64,000 nucleotides of DNA, from the NCBI GenBank assembly GCA_938034445.1, contig CALHLD010000001.1, forward strand, positions 840-64,839, written 5' to 3'. This stretch comes from an uncultured archaeon (GTDB taxonomy: Archaea; Thermoproteota; Nitrososphaeria; JACIWG01). This document shows, piece after piece, positions 10,401 to 19,341 of the stretch. The stretch's first letter is position 1; every line of letters starts with the position of its first letter. The notes beneath the pieces are model-generated. The model was not told the origin of the DNA, ran no database searches, and saw only the letters and a list, made by a program, of their open reading frames with translations. A program made the position numbers and the translations under genes.

Positions 10401-11203
10401 TTGCTGAAGACCTTAACTTTGCAAGAAAGATTGCTGCAGAAATCAGGTTCTCAAAGATTGGAGATGTTGTGAAAAGTAGTGAAATCGACCCAAGTGGTCA
10501 GATAACATTTGTGCTGGATAAGGAGGCTATGGAAGAACTTGTTGTCACCCCAGAATATGTTGCCTCACAAATAGAAACTGGTAAAAGAAAACCAGAGATA
10601 GTTAACGAGGACACTATAATATTAATGGTTGAAGGAGCCGACCCTGTCTCACTCCAGAGAATGAGGAACAAGATTTTGAACAGCCGACTTAAGGGTATTC
10701 CGGGAATCACTGAAGCCACGGTTGTTAAAGAAGGTTCAGAGTGGGTTATTCAAACAAAAGGCTCAAATCTTTCAAAAGTTTTAAGGATCGAAGGTGTTGA
10801 TCCAACAAGAACCATAACTAACGATATATACGAAATATGGACCACACTTGGGATCGAAGCTGCTAGAGCTGCTCTTGTTAGGGAAATAAGTAAAACGATG
10901 GAAGAGCAAGGTTTGGAGGTAGATATGCGACACATATATTTGGTAGCGGACTTAATGACTGTAACAGGAACGCTAAAGCAGGTCGGCCGCCATGGTGTTG
11001 TCGGAGGGAAGGCGAGTGTTCTAGCAAGAGCTGCATTCGAAATAACAGTTCCCACATTGGCTGAAGCTGCAGTAAAAGGTGAAATTGAGCAGTTAAAGGG
11101 TGTAACCGAAAGTGTTATAGTAGGCCTTCCCATTCCTGTTGGTACTGGAATGGTTGACCTGTTCATAACACAAGGTGAGAATGTTGAACAGAAGCCAAAT
11201 TGA
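7409..11203 (+). CDS. rpoA: DNA-directed RNA polymerase subunit A, with A' and A'' fused in one ORF
   Basis: 1264 aa. A' part has [17 protein letters not shown] and [10 protein letters not shown]; A'' part has [31 protein letters not shown]. No stop or frame change across the expected A'/A'' junction (about 10020-10100). Confidence 0.95.
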   Translation: [1264 protein letters not shown]

Positions 11204-11495
11204 AGCACTACTTGAGCAAGTCACAAAAAAGGGTAAAATAGTGTATGGTGCTAATGAAGTTATGGAAGAGCTTAGGGGTTCAAAGGCTGTTATAGTCTCT
11301 AAATCTGTTAAGCCAGAAGTTAGGCAGAAGCTCTTAAGAGACTGTAAAAAGAACTCTATACCTGTAATCGAATACGATGGTTCATCAATAGATTTAGCTA
11401 GGGCGTTGGGAAAAAACTTTAGAATCTCCGTCCTTTCAATAAAATCTACTGGAGGATTAGATTTAAAACAAATTTTGTCGGAAACTAAAAGTTGA
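11175..11495 (+). CDS. rpl30e: 50S ribosomal protein L30e
   Basis: 106 aa; KGKIVYGANEVMEELRGSKAVIVSKSV...IPVIEYDGSSIDLARALGKNFRISVLSI matches L30e; conserved position after rpoA; start may be the ATG at 11181. Confidence 0.9.
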   Translation: MRMLNRSQIEALLEQVTKKGKIVYGANEVMEELRGSKAVIVSKSVKPEVRQKLLRDCKKNSIPVIEYDGSSIDLARALGKNFRISVLSIKSTGGLDLKQILSETKS

Positions 11496-11950
11496 TTATC
11501 ATGCCTGACAAAATAACATGGTCAACACAAGAACTTGAACTTCTTTCACTTTTCCAAAAAATTAGTGGTGTAACCGCAAGGGATTGTGTTATAGACAATA
11601 AAATGAATCGTGTAATTTTCCTAGTAAACCCTAGCGAAATCGGTCTCGCAATAGGGAGGAAAGGCTCTTGTGTTAAAGCGTTAGAAAACATTATCAAGAA
11701 ACCTGTTGAAATTGTAGCCTACTCAGATGATCCCATACAACTTATAAAAAACACGCTTAACCCAAAATATATTAGCGAAATACGTTTAAGTGAAAGAATG
11801 GATGGAAGTAAAATTGCTGTAGTGGTTTTAACAAGCCCCAAGTTTCAAGGTGCAGTTGTAGGCCTTGGTGGAAAGCATGCAGAAAAAGCACGTCTTCTTG
11901 TAAGAAGATACTTTGACATAGCGGACGTAAGAATTGTTGCCCAAACATAA
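11492..11950 (+). CDS. nusA: Archaeal NusA-like transcription factor (tandem KH domains)
   Basis: 152 aa; KH-type GxxG motifs (IGRKGSCVKAL, VGLGGKHAEKA); conserved position between rpl30e and rps12; likely start ATG at 11501. Confidence 0.85.
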   Translation: MIIMPDKITWSTQELELLSLFQKISGVTARDCVIDNKMNRVIFLVNPSEIGLAIGRKGSCVKALENIIKKPVEIVAYSDDPIQLIKNTLNPKYISEIRLSERMDGSKIAVVVLTSPKFQGAVVGLGGKHAEKARLLVRRYFDIADVRIVAQT

Positions 11951-11998
11951 AAAGAAATAGTTATATAAGAGCAATAAGTCCGCCTTCTTGCTGATAGT

Positions 11999-13963
11999 AT
12001 GGGGAAAAAATCGCCTGTAGGAGAATTTGCAGCACGCAAACTGATAGAGAAAAGACAAAAGTTTAGATGGTCTAGTAAAAGGTATATTAAACGTGCACTA
12101 AGGATAAAAGAAAGATTCGATCCACTCGAAGGCGCTCCTCAAGCAAGAGGCATAGTGCTGGAAAAGGTTGGTGTAGAATCAAAGCAGCCTAACTCAGCTA
12201 TAAGAAAATGTGTTGCACCCGACACAAAAATAATGTTGGAAGACGGTGTACTACGGATAAAAGATCTGTCTAATAAATGGTCTGATACGAGAATACTTTC
12301 ATATAATTATCATGACAAAAAGATTGAGCCGACGAATTTAGTTGACTATTTTTCTATAAAGGATTGGGAAGTTGAGGAGCTTGGTTTGTATGAACTTATT
12401 ACAGAAACTGGTAGAAGGCTGATTGGAAGCGGAGACCATCCAATTTATACAGCTAGAGGTATAGTAAATTTAAGGGAAGTTAAAGTAGGTGATAAAGTTA
12501 TAGTTTTACCTTCCGAGCCGCCATTTAAAGAAGAAAGGGATGATGTGATTTTAAATGAAGAGGATATATTGAATGTTGCACCGGAAAAAAGCAATAAAGA
12601 TAGAATTTTAGCTGTGCTTAAAGAAAAAGGTCTTATACCATTAAAATACAGTAATCCAAATATTACAAAGATAGTGAAACTTGTTGGCCACCTCTTCGGT
12701 GACGGTTCACTAAGCCACTCTAAATCAGGCACAGGAATGAGTGGAAAGGTTGTCGTCTCAGGAAATTTTGAAGACTTAGATGATATTAAAAGTGATATTG
12801 AATCCTTAGGTTTTCACTGCTCGCCCATCTATAGAGGATACTCAGAAAGTGTTGTTGACTATGGTTCAGGGCAGCTTCTTATTCGAGGAAATTATCATGC
12901 AGTCCAATGTAACTCTATAGCCCTTTTCACGTTCTTTAAGGCCTTAGGCGTGCCGGTTGGCTCAAAAAGTGATGTAGAGTATAGTTTACCTAAATGGGTC
13001 GTGAATGCTCCACTTTGGATAAAAAGAGAATTTTTAGCATCCTTCTTTGGAAGTGAACTGGAGTCACCCAGAGTTAATGTATCAACATTTTATCCACCAT
13101 CTTTTGCTATAAGTAAAAGGTCTGAGCTACTAGATAGTGGGTTAAGGTTTGTTAACGAATTAAAAGAATTGCTTAAAGAATTTGATGTAAAAGTTTCAAG
13201 TATTAAGGTCTTAAATGGAGTTAAAAGGAGTGATGGTTCATCAACTTACAAGATTATAGTATATATTGCATCGAATATAGACAATCTTATTAATTTGTAC
13301 GGGAAGATAGGATATGAGTATAATAGTATGAGGAAGGTTAGAGCCCGTTATGCCTACCAATATTTAAGGTTGAGAAAACAAAGGATAGAAGCAACAAAAG
13401 AAGCATATAATATTGCATTAAGGTTAAAATCTAACGGCCTATCTTTAGCGAAAATAGCTGAAACTTTACAGACTCAAGGCTATACTTGGATAAATAAGGG
13501 CATTGTACAATATTGGTTATCGAGGAATGTTGATTTAAATAAACTAAATACTACACAACGTTTTATACCATTTGATAAGTGGGTTAAAGAGAGCACGTTA
13601 GGCCTTTCCTCAGGCCTTGTATGGGAGCAAGTTAGATCAGTTAATCCGCTAAAGCTTAATATTGAACTTTATGATGTGACAACAGCGAGCGAAGCTCACA
13701 ATTTCTTTGCCAACAATATTTTGACTGGAAACTGTGTTCGTGTGCAGCTTATTAAAAATAATAAGCAGATTACAGCCTTCTTGCCTGGCGATGGTGCCTT
13801 AAACTATGTGGACGAACATGATGAAGTTCATGTTGAGGGTATTGGCGGTACTTTAGGCCGTTCGATGGGAGACATTCCAGGTGTAAGGTATAAAGTTTTT
13901 AAAGTAAACGGTATTTCTCTTCAGATGCTTGTTCTTGGTCGTAAGGAGAAGCCTAGGAGGTAG
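11999..13963 (+). CDS. rps12: 30S ribosomal protein S12 precursor interrupted by an intein
   Basis: 654-aa ORF. Residues 1-70 (..[20 protein letters not shown]) plus 579-654 ([32 protein letters not shown]..) together give a normal 146-aa archaeal S12. Confidence 0.95.
   Translation: MGKKSPVGEFAARKLIEKRQKFRWSSKRYIKRALRIKERFDPLEGAPQARGIVLEKVGVESKQPNSAIRKCVAPDTKIMLEDGVLRIKDLSNKWSDTRILSYNYHDKKIEPTNLVDYFSIKDWEVEELGLYELITETGRRLIGSGDHPIYTARGIVNLREVKVGDKVIVLPSEPPFKEERDDVILNEEDILNVAPEKSNKDRILAVLKEKGLIPLKYSNPNITKIVKLVGHLFGDGSLSHSKSGTGMSGKVVVSGNFEDLDDIKSDIESLGFHCSPIYRGYSESVVDYGSGQLLIRGNYHAVQCNSIALFTFFKALGVPVGSKSDVEYSLPKWVVNAPLWIKREFLASFFGSELESPRVNVSTFYPPSFAISKRSELLDSGLRFVNELKELLKEFDVKVSSIKVLNGVKRSDGSSTYKIIVYIASNIDNLINLYGKIGYEYNSMRKVRARYAYQYLRLRKQRIEATKEAYNIALRLKSNGLSLAKIAETLQTQGYTWINKGIVQYWLSRNVDLNKLNTTQRFIPFDKWVKESTLGLSSGLVWEQVRSVNPLKLNIELYDVTTASEAHNFFANNILTGNCVRVQLIKNNKQITAFLPGDGALNYVDEHDEVHVEGIGGTLGRSMGDIPGVRYKVFKVNGISLQMLVLGRKEKPRR
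12209..13732 (+). mobile_element. Intein (508 aa) with LAGLIDADG homing-endonuclease domain inside rps12
   Basis: Cys1 block A ([13 protein letters not shown]), block B (GSGDHPIYT), two LAGLIDADG motifs ([11 protein letters not shown]; [13 protein letters not shown]), HTH-like [11 protein letters not shown], block F/G ([22 protein letters not shown]), then Cys+1. Confidence 0.9.
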
Positions 13964-13971
13964 CCTGTAGG

Positions 13972-14580
13972 ATGTCGTCTAAGCCAGAGTATCAGCATCT
14001 GCTTCTATTCGGTAAATGGAGTTTTAAGGATGTTAAGGTGAATGATATCGGTTTAAAAAGTGTTATAGACCTTAAACCTGTACTTTTGCCCCATTCTTTT
14101 GGAAGACATGAGCATCAAAAGTTCGCGAAATCTAAAGTGAATGTTGTTGAACGTTTAGCTAACGACCTTATGCATTTTGGTAAAAAGTATGCAAAGAATA
14201 CTGGTAGAATGGGTGGTAAGAAATATCATGCCCTAAAAATTGTGAGATCAGCTTTCGAAATAATACAATTGAGGACTGGAATGAATCCTATTCAAGTGCT
14301 CGTTAGAGCGTTAGAGAATGCTGCACCAAACGAGGACACTACAAGAATAATGTATGGTGGTGTAGTGTATCATGTTGCAGTCGACATTTCACCTCAAAGG
14401 CGCTTGGACCTCGCATTAAGGTTCATTTCAGAAGGTGTGAGGGAAGCGACCTTTAATAAAATGATTTCTGTTGAAGAAGCATTGGCTGAAGAATTAATTC
14501 TTGCAGCTAACAATGACCAAAACAGTTATGCAATCAAAAAGAAGAATGAGCAGGAACGTATAGCTTTATCCTCAAGATAA
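13972..14580 (+). CDS. rps7: 30S ribosomal protein S7
   Basis: 202 aa; typical archaeal S7 sequence (..VERLANDLMHFGKKYAKNTGRMGGKK..IQVLVRALENAAPNEDTTRI..); conserved position after rps12. Confidence 0.95.
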   Translation: MSSKPEYQHLLLFGKWSFKDVKVNDIGLKSVIDLKPVLLPHSFGRHEHQKFAKSKVNVVERLANDLMHFGKKYAKNTGRMGGKKYHALKIVRSAFEIIQLRTGMNPIQVLVRALENAAPNEDTTRIMYGGVVYHVAVDISPQRRLDLALRFISEGVREATFNKMISVEEALAEELILAANNDQNSYAIKKKNEQERIALSSR

Positions 14581-14598
14581 AAATTTAAAAACCCTAAA

Positions 14599-14613
14599 CC
14601 TTATATAATAAGG
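14599..14613 (+). promoter_or_regulatory. Candidate TATA box / internal promoter for the EF-1alpha gene
   Basis: CCTTATATAATAAGG lies about 35-45 nt upstream of the ATG at 14646; AAGGTG Shine-Dalgarno-like motif at 14635-14640. Confidence 0.35.
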
Positions 14614-14645
14614 TTGAAGTTCAAAATTGGTGCAAGGTGTAGAAA

Positions 14646-15944
14646 ATGTCTACTAAACCTCATCTCAACCTAGTAGTAACAGGACACGTAGACCATGGAA
14701 AGTCGACTACAATGGGCCACTTCCTAGTACAGATTGGCGCAATCGACCAACGTACTATAGAAGAGTATGCAAAAGAATCTGAAAAGTTTGGTGCAGGAGA
14801 CACGTTCAAATATGCTTGGGTTCTCGATAGGTTAAAGGATGAACGTGAACGTGGTGTAACCATAGACCTTGCCTTCCAAAAGTTCGAAACCAAAAAATAC
14901 TATTATACACTGATAGATGCTCCAGGACATAGAGACTTTGTTAAAAACATGATTACTGGTGCAAGCCAAGCCGACGTCGCAATAATAGTCCTATCAGCAA
15001 AACCTGGTGAAACCGAAGTTGGTGTAGGATTTGGAGGCCAGACGAGAGAACATGCTTTCCTACTAAGAACACTTGGTGTAACACAGGTGATTCCAGTAAT
15101 AAATAAAATGGATGATCCGACAGTGAAATATTCTGAAGAAAGGTATAAGGCTGTAAAGGCTGAGTTCGAGAAGCTTCTTAGAATGGTAGGCTATGATGTA
15201 ACAAAAATACCGTTCATTCCAGTATCCGGTTGGGCTGGCGACAATCTGACAACAAGGTCTCCGAACATGCCATGGTATAAGGGTCCAACTTTAATTGAAG
15301 CTCTTGACATGGTTTCAGAGCCTCCGAAGCCAATCGATAAACCATTCCGTCTTCCTGTACAGGATGTTTACTCTATCACAGGTGTTGGCACAGTTCCAGT
15401 TGGAAGGGTTGAAACAGGTGTTGTTAAGGTCGGTGACAAGGTAGTAATAGCTCCAGCTAACCTTAAAGCTGAAGTTAAATCTATTGAAATGCATCATACG
15501 CCTATAGAGAAGGCTATTCCAGGAGACAACATTGGCATAAACCTTAGGGGTGTCTCGAAACAGGATATCAAAAGAGGTTATGTGATAGGTCCAGCTGACA
15601 ATCCGCCAACAGTAGCAAAGGAGTTCATAGCACAAATAATAGTAATATATCATCCATCCGCAATATCCGCTGGATATACACCAGTACTCCATGCGCACAC
15701 TGCACAGGTTGCAACAACATTCAAGGAGCTTATCGCAAAAATTGATCCAAGAAGTGGTCAAATAGTTGAAGAAAAGCCTAAGTCTCTAAAGACAGGCGAT
15801 AGCGCGCTTGTTAGACTCGCTCCATTAAGACCCCTTTGTATAGAGCCGTATAGTGTAATTCCACAGTTAGGACGGTTTGCAATTCGTGATATGGGTACAA
15901 CAATAGGCGCTGGAATAGTTAAGGAGGTAACCGTAAAAGGCTAA
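14646..15944 (+). CDS. tuf: Translation elongation factor EF-1alpha (aEF-1A)
   Basis: 432 aa; GTPase motifs GHVDHGKST, DAPGHRDF, NKMD; full-length similarity to aEF-1alpha. Confidence 0.97.
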   Translation: MSTKPHLNLVVTGHVDHGKSTTMGHFLVQIGAIDQRTIEEYAKESEKFGAGDTFKYAWVLDRLKDERERGVTIDLAFQKFETKKYYYTLIDAPGHRDFVKNMITGASQADVAIIVLSAKPGETEVGVGFGGQTREHAFLLRTLGVTQVIPVINKMDDPTVKYSEERYKAVKAEFEKLLRMVGYDVTKIPFIPVSGWAGDNLTTRSPNMPWYKGPTLIEALDMVSEPPKPIDKPFRLPVQDVYSITGVGTVPVGRVETGVVKVGDKVVIAPANLKAEVKSIEMHHTPIEKAIPGDNIGINLRGVSKQDIKRGYVIGPADNPPTVAKEFIAQIIVIYHPSAISAGYTPVLHAHTAQVATTFKELIAKIDPRSGQIVEEKPKSLKTGDSALVRLAPLRPLCIEPYSVIPQLGRFAIRDMGTTIGAGIVKEVTVKG

Positions 15945-15981
15945 AAATAGGATGACGAAACCCTAAGCTGGTGTACCTTGA

Positions 15982-16290
15982 TTGGCAAAAAAGGCCAAAA
16001 TAATACTAACGAGCACCAATTTAAAACTGTTGGAAGACGTATGCAATCAGATAAAGGAAATTACTGAAAAGACTGGAGTAAAAATGAAGGGCCCCGTCCC
16101 ATTACCGACTAAGAAAAGAAGAGTGGTTACAAGAAAGTCTCCATGTGGTGAAGGAACACACACATTTGACAAATGGGAACTAAGGATACATAGAAGATAT
16201 GTTGAAATAGACCAGGATGAAAGAACGTTGAGACAGTTTATGCGTTTAAAGATGCCTGAGGAAGTACAGTTAAGGGTTTCCTTAACATAA
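15982..16290 (+). CDS. rps10: 30S ribosomal protein S10
   Basis: 102 aa; KGPVPLPTKKRRVVTRKSPCGEGTHTFDKWELRIHRR matches S10; conserved position after EF-1alpha; TTG start. Confidence 0.95.
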   Translation: MAKKAKIILTSTNLKLLEDVCNQIKEITEKTGVKMKGPVPLPTKKRRVVTRKSPCGEGTHTFDKWELRIHRRYVEIDQDERTLRQFMRLKMPEEVQLRVSLT

Positions 16291-16350
16291 CCCCAAAAAA
16301 TTTTTTATTACATAAAATTTTTAATAAAATGGCTTAAAATAATATAAGTT

Positions 16351-16632
16351 ATGGTTAAGCTTGTTAGCGTTAACATTTACGTTAGTGGAATAGTTCAAGG
16401 TGTATTCTTCAGAGCATATACTAGAAGTAAGGCTAGATCTCTTGGATTAACTGGATGGGTTAAAAATTTACCTGACGGTAGGGTTCAAATTTTTGCAGAA
16501 GGTGAAGAAGATTCTATTAAAAAGCTTATTGAATGGTGTAAAGTAGGTCCTCCCTATGCTGTTGTAGAAGATGTTAAAGTTGAATGGCTCGAATACTGTG
16601 GCAAATATAAGACCTTTGATATAATATATTAG
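16351..16632 (+). CDS. acyP: Acylphosphatase
   Basis: 93 aa; VSGIVQGVFFRAYTRSKARSLGLTGWVKNLPDGRVQIFAEGEE matches the acylphosphatase signature (V.G.VQGV.FR / G.V.N..DG.V). Confidence 0.85.
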   Translation: MVKLVSVNIYVSGIVQGVFFRAYTRSKARSLGLTGWVKNLPDGRVQIFAEGEEDSIKKLIEWCKVGPPYAVVEDVKVEWLEYCGKYKTFDIIY

Positions 16633-16689
16633 CCTTGATAAGAAAATTTTTTAGAAATATTTATTAACCTTAAAAAATAATCTAGATTT

Positions 16690-17226
16690 ATGTCAAGTAA
16701 GCAAGTTTGGATTACAAGAGACTTTTTAAGATGCAGTGGCTGCCGCCTATGCGAAATCTCTTGCTCCCTCTATCACGAAGGTAAGATTTGGCCTGAAGCT
16801 TCTAGGATAAGAGTTTTCATGTACGCTCCGGGTATAGAATTTCCACACTTGTGTGCACAGTGCCATGATCATCCGTGTGTTGATGCCTGTCCAACCGAAC
16901 CTAAAGCCTTGTCTGTTGACGAAAGAACAGGCGCTATAATCGTTGACAGAGAAAAATGTATTTCATGCGGTAACTGTATACGTGCTTGTCCAGGGCATGT
17001 GCCCTTCCTACATCCTAAAGACAACAAGGCAACAATATGTGACCTATGCAATGGTGACCCTCAGTGCGTAAAAGTATGTAGGGAAGCAGGATTTAATTGT
17101 CTAAACGTTATAGAATATGATAAGGGACAGGGTGAAGCATTAAACTATAGAGTATACGCTAGGCATCCTAAGGATATTGCAGAAGGTCTTACTGAACTTG
17201 TGTTTGGAGAAAAGATGGAGGTGTAG
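16690..17226 (+). CDS. 4Fe-4S dicluster (polyferredoxin-type) protein, probable AOR electron-transfer partner
   Basis: 178 aa with several Cys clusters (CSGCRLCEISC, CAQCHDHPCVDACP, CISCGNCIRACP, CDLCNGDPQCVKVC); 5 nt upstream of the AOR gene. Confidence 0.8.
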   Translation: MSSKQVWITRDFLRCSGCRLCEISCSLYHEGKIWPEASRIRVFMYAPGIEFPHLCAQCHDHPCVDACPTEPKALSVDERTGAIIVDREKCISCGNCIRACPGHVPFLHPKDNKATICDLCNGDPQCVKVCREAGFNCLNVIEYDKGQGEALNYRVYARHPKDIAEGLTELVFGEKMEV

Positions 17227-17231
17227 TGTGA

Positions 17232-19094
17232 ATGAGAGGCTATGCTGGAAAATTTGCAGAAATAAACTTGACTGAAGAAAAAGTTACAGAAGTAAGATTC
17301 GATGAATCAACTTTGAGAAGCTATATTGGCGGCCGAGGTCTTGCTGCAAAAATACTTTGGGATAGGCTTGGAGAAAGATGGGATGAAGTTGACCCACTCG
17401 GTCCAGAAAACATACTATTACTTCTAAGTGGTCCAATGACCGGCTTCTACCCAGGAGGGCGACTGTGTATTTCTGGAAAATCTCCCCAAAGTAATGGTAT
17501 AACTGGTAGTACTGTGGCTGGAGAGTTCCCTGTTGAACTAAAGTGTGCTGGATGGGATGGCTTAATAATAACTGGTAAGGCAAAGAGGCCATCGTATATT
17601 CTTGTGAAAGATTCGTCAATAGAGATTAGGGATGCAACACATGTTTGGGGAAAGGATGGCAAGCGAACCCTTCTAACACTCTCTAAAGAGGTTAGAGAAG
17701 AATTTGACAAAAAATATAGGGGTAGACTATGGCGTGAGCCCGCGATGGTGTACATTGGTCCTGCTGGAGAAAACAAGTGTAGAGTTGCTGGAGTTCAGTC
17801 TAAGTGGGCTCATGGAGCCGGATATGGTGGATATGGTGCAGTAATGGGTTCAAAGAATCTTAAAGCCGTTTTAGTTAAGGGAACAGGTCCTCTTCCAGAA
17901 GTTTATGATCAAACTAGGATGCTTGAACTCCTAGATCAGGTTAGGAAGGCTTCAATAGCAAATGATGTGTGGAGGAGGTGGGGTACAGGCTACCTAGGCT
18001 ATTATGTCGGTAATGTCCAAAGTTCTGAGCCTGTCAAAAATTGGCAGGAGGAGTGGCATGATGAAAAATCTTTTGCTGTAGACCAGTTCGAGAGTAGGGT
18101 GTGGGTTAAAAGGTATTGGGCTGACTTTGGCTGTCCAATAGCTTGTGAAAAGCTTTCTGTAGTAAGGTGTGGTGACTTCAAGGGTGCTATAACAGATAAC
18201 CCCGATTATGAGACTCAAGCCTACATGGGCACAAACCTTGCCGTATTTACTCCAGAAGCGAACGTTTACCTTAACTCTGTGATAGAAGATCTTGGCTTCT
18301 GTGGTATACAGGTTGGTAACATTCTAGGTTTTGCTGCAGAACTATATCAGAGAGGCATCATTACTAAAGAGGAACTTGATGGTGTAGAATTGAAGTGGGG
18401 TGATGCAAAAGCTTTTGCTAAGGTTGCTGAAATGATTGCGTACAGGAAAGGTTTAGGCGACATACTTGCTGAAGGAACGTATCGTGCCGCCTTAAAGCTT
18501 GGTAAAATCAAGAACATGAACCTACTCGAGTATGCAGTTCAGGCAAAGGGCATTGGTATAGGCGCGCATGGTATTAGAAGTGGACTAGACTATCCACAAC
18601 TACATTCATACGCGTGTGGTGCTCAAGGAGGCGATCACACCTCCGTAGCATATATTCCAATAACACATCCAAGCAGCGAGCATACAACAATGTTAATGGA
18701 TTCTGGAGTATACTGTATGTTTAACAGCTTCTCTGTAACACCACAGTTCCAGATAGACTTTTTGAACGCCGTTACAGGATTCAATATTTCGTTTGAAGAA
18801 TGGTATAATGAGACTGCAAACAGGATTATAGCCATACAGAGGGCTGCGCTTCTAATAGGCGGTCCTGATGCAAAATGGTTTGAGTCGGATGTTAATCCGC
18901 CACGCTTCTATGAACCGTTACCTACAGGTCCATGTAAGGGTAAGGCTCCAAAGCTAGAAGATGTTGAGAAGATGAAAAGCGAATACTATAAGGCTGTTGG
19001 CTGGGACGAAAGGGGTGTGCCAACAAGCGAGACACTTAAGAAGCTTGGCCTTTCTAATGTCGATGCTGTATTAAAGAAGAAGCTTGGTCTATAA
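17232..19094 (+). CDS. aor: Aldehyde:ferredoxin oxidoreductase family tungstoenzyme
   Basis: 620 aa; N-terminal GYAGKFAEINLTEEKV...YIGGRGLAAKILWD and full-length AOR-family similarity. Confidence 0.9.
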   Translation: MRGYAGKFAEINLTEEKVTEVRFDESTLRSYIGGRGLAAKILWDRLGERWDEVDPLGPENILLLLSGPMTGFYPGGRLCISGKSPQSNGITGSTVAGEFPVELKCAGWDGLIITGKAKRPSYILVKDSSIEIRDATHVWGKDGKRTLLTLSKEVREEFDKKYRGRLWREPAMVYIGPAGENKCRVAGVQSKWAHGAGYGGYGAVMGSKNLKAVLVKGTGPLPEVYDQTRMLELLDQVRKASIANDVWRRWGTGYLGYYVGNVQSSEPVKNWQEEWHDEKSFAVDQFESRVWVKRYWADFGCPIACEKLSVVRCGDFKGAITDNPDYETQAYMGTNLAVFTPEANVYLNSVIEDLGFCGIQVGNILGFAAELYQRGIITKEELDGVELKWGDAKAFAKVAEMIAYRKGLGDILAEGTYRAALKLGKIKNMNLLEYAVQAKGIGIGAHGIRSGLDYPQLHSYACGAQGGDHTSVAYIPITHPSSEHTTMLMDSGVYCMFNSFSVTPQFQIDFLNAVTGFNISFEEWYNETANRIIAIQRAALLIGGPDAKWFESDVNPPRFYEPLPTGPCKGKAPKLEDVEKMKSEYYKAVGWDERGVPTSETLKKLGLSNVDAVLKKKLGL

Positions 19095-19108
19095 ACTAAT
19101 TTTTCCCT

Positions 19109-19321
19109 CTATTTTTTTCTTAAAAGCATATAAAGTAAAAATATTGCTAAAATTATTGTAATTGTAAAAATTTCGGCAAGTCCAGAAATTGTTCTAAAAA
19201 TTAGTCCAGCAATAAGGCATAAGAATATTAATGCTATTGCTATTGTAACTCTTCTAATTCTAACTGCAAACAAGAGCACTATCAGTGCTAAGATTATAAA
19301 GAATGTGGTCGCAAACCCCAT
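19109..19321 (-). CDS. Small hydrophobic membrane protein
   Basis: 70 aa, almost entirely hydrophobic with 2-3 TM segments; downstream of the aldo/keto reductase gene on the same strand. Confidence 0.4.
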   Translation of the reverse strand: MGFATTFFIILALIVLLFAVRIRRVTIAIALIFLCLIAGLIFRTISGLAEIFTITIILAIFLLYMLLRKK

Positions 19322-19341
19322 CTAAAAATCCTCCATTTCCT

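Noticed and set aside
10750-11208. 152-aa minus-strand ORF antisense to the 3' end of rpoA; similar antisense ORFs lie inside rpoB, EF-1alpha (15315..15761), acs (21474..22010), IMPDH and others
   Set aside because: All lie inside strongly supported genes on the other strand and have odd composition (C/W/Y/S-rich) with no recognisable domains.
4042-15944. Additional inteins in rpoB, rpoA or EF-1alpha
   Set aside because: All three have canonical lengths and continuous conserved motifs, with no insert carrying Cys/Ser1...HN-type boundaries. Only rps12 is interrupted.
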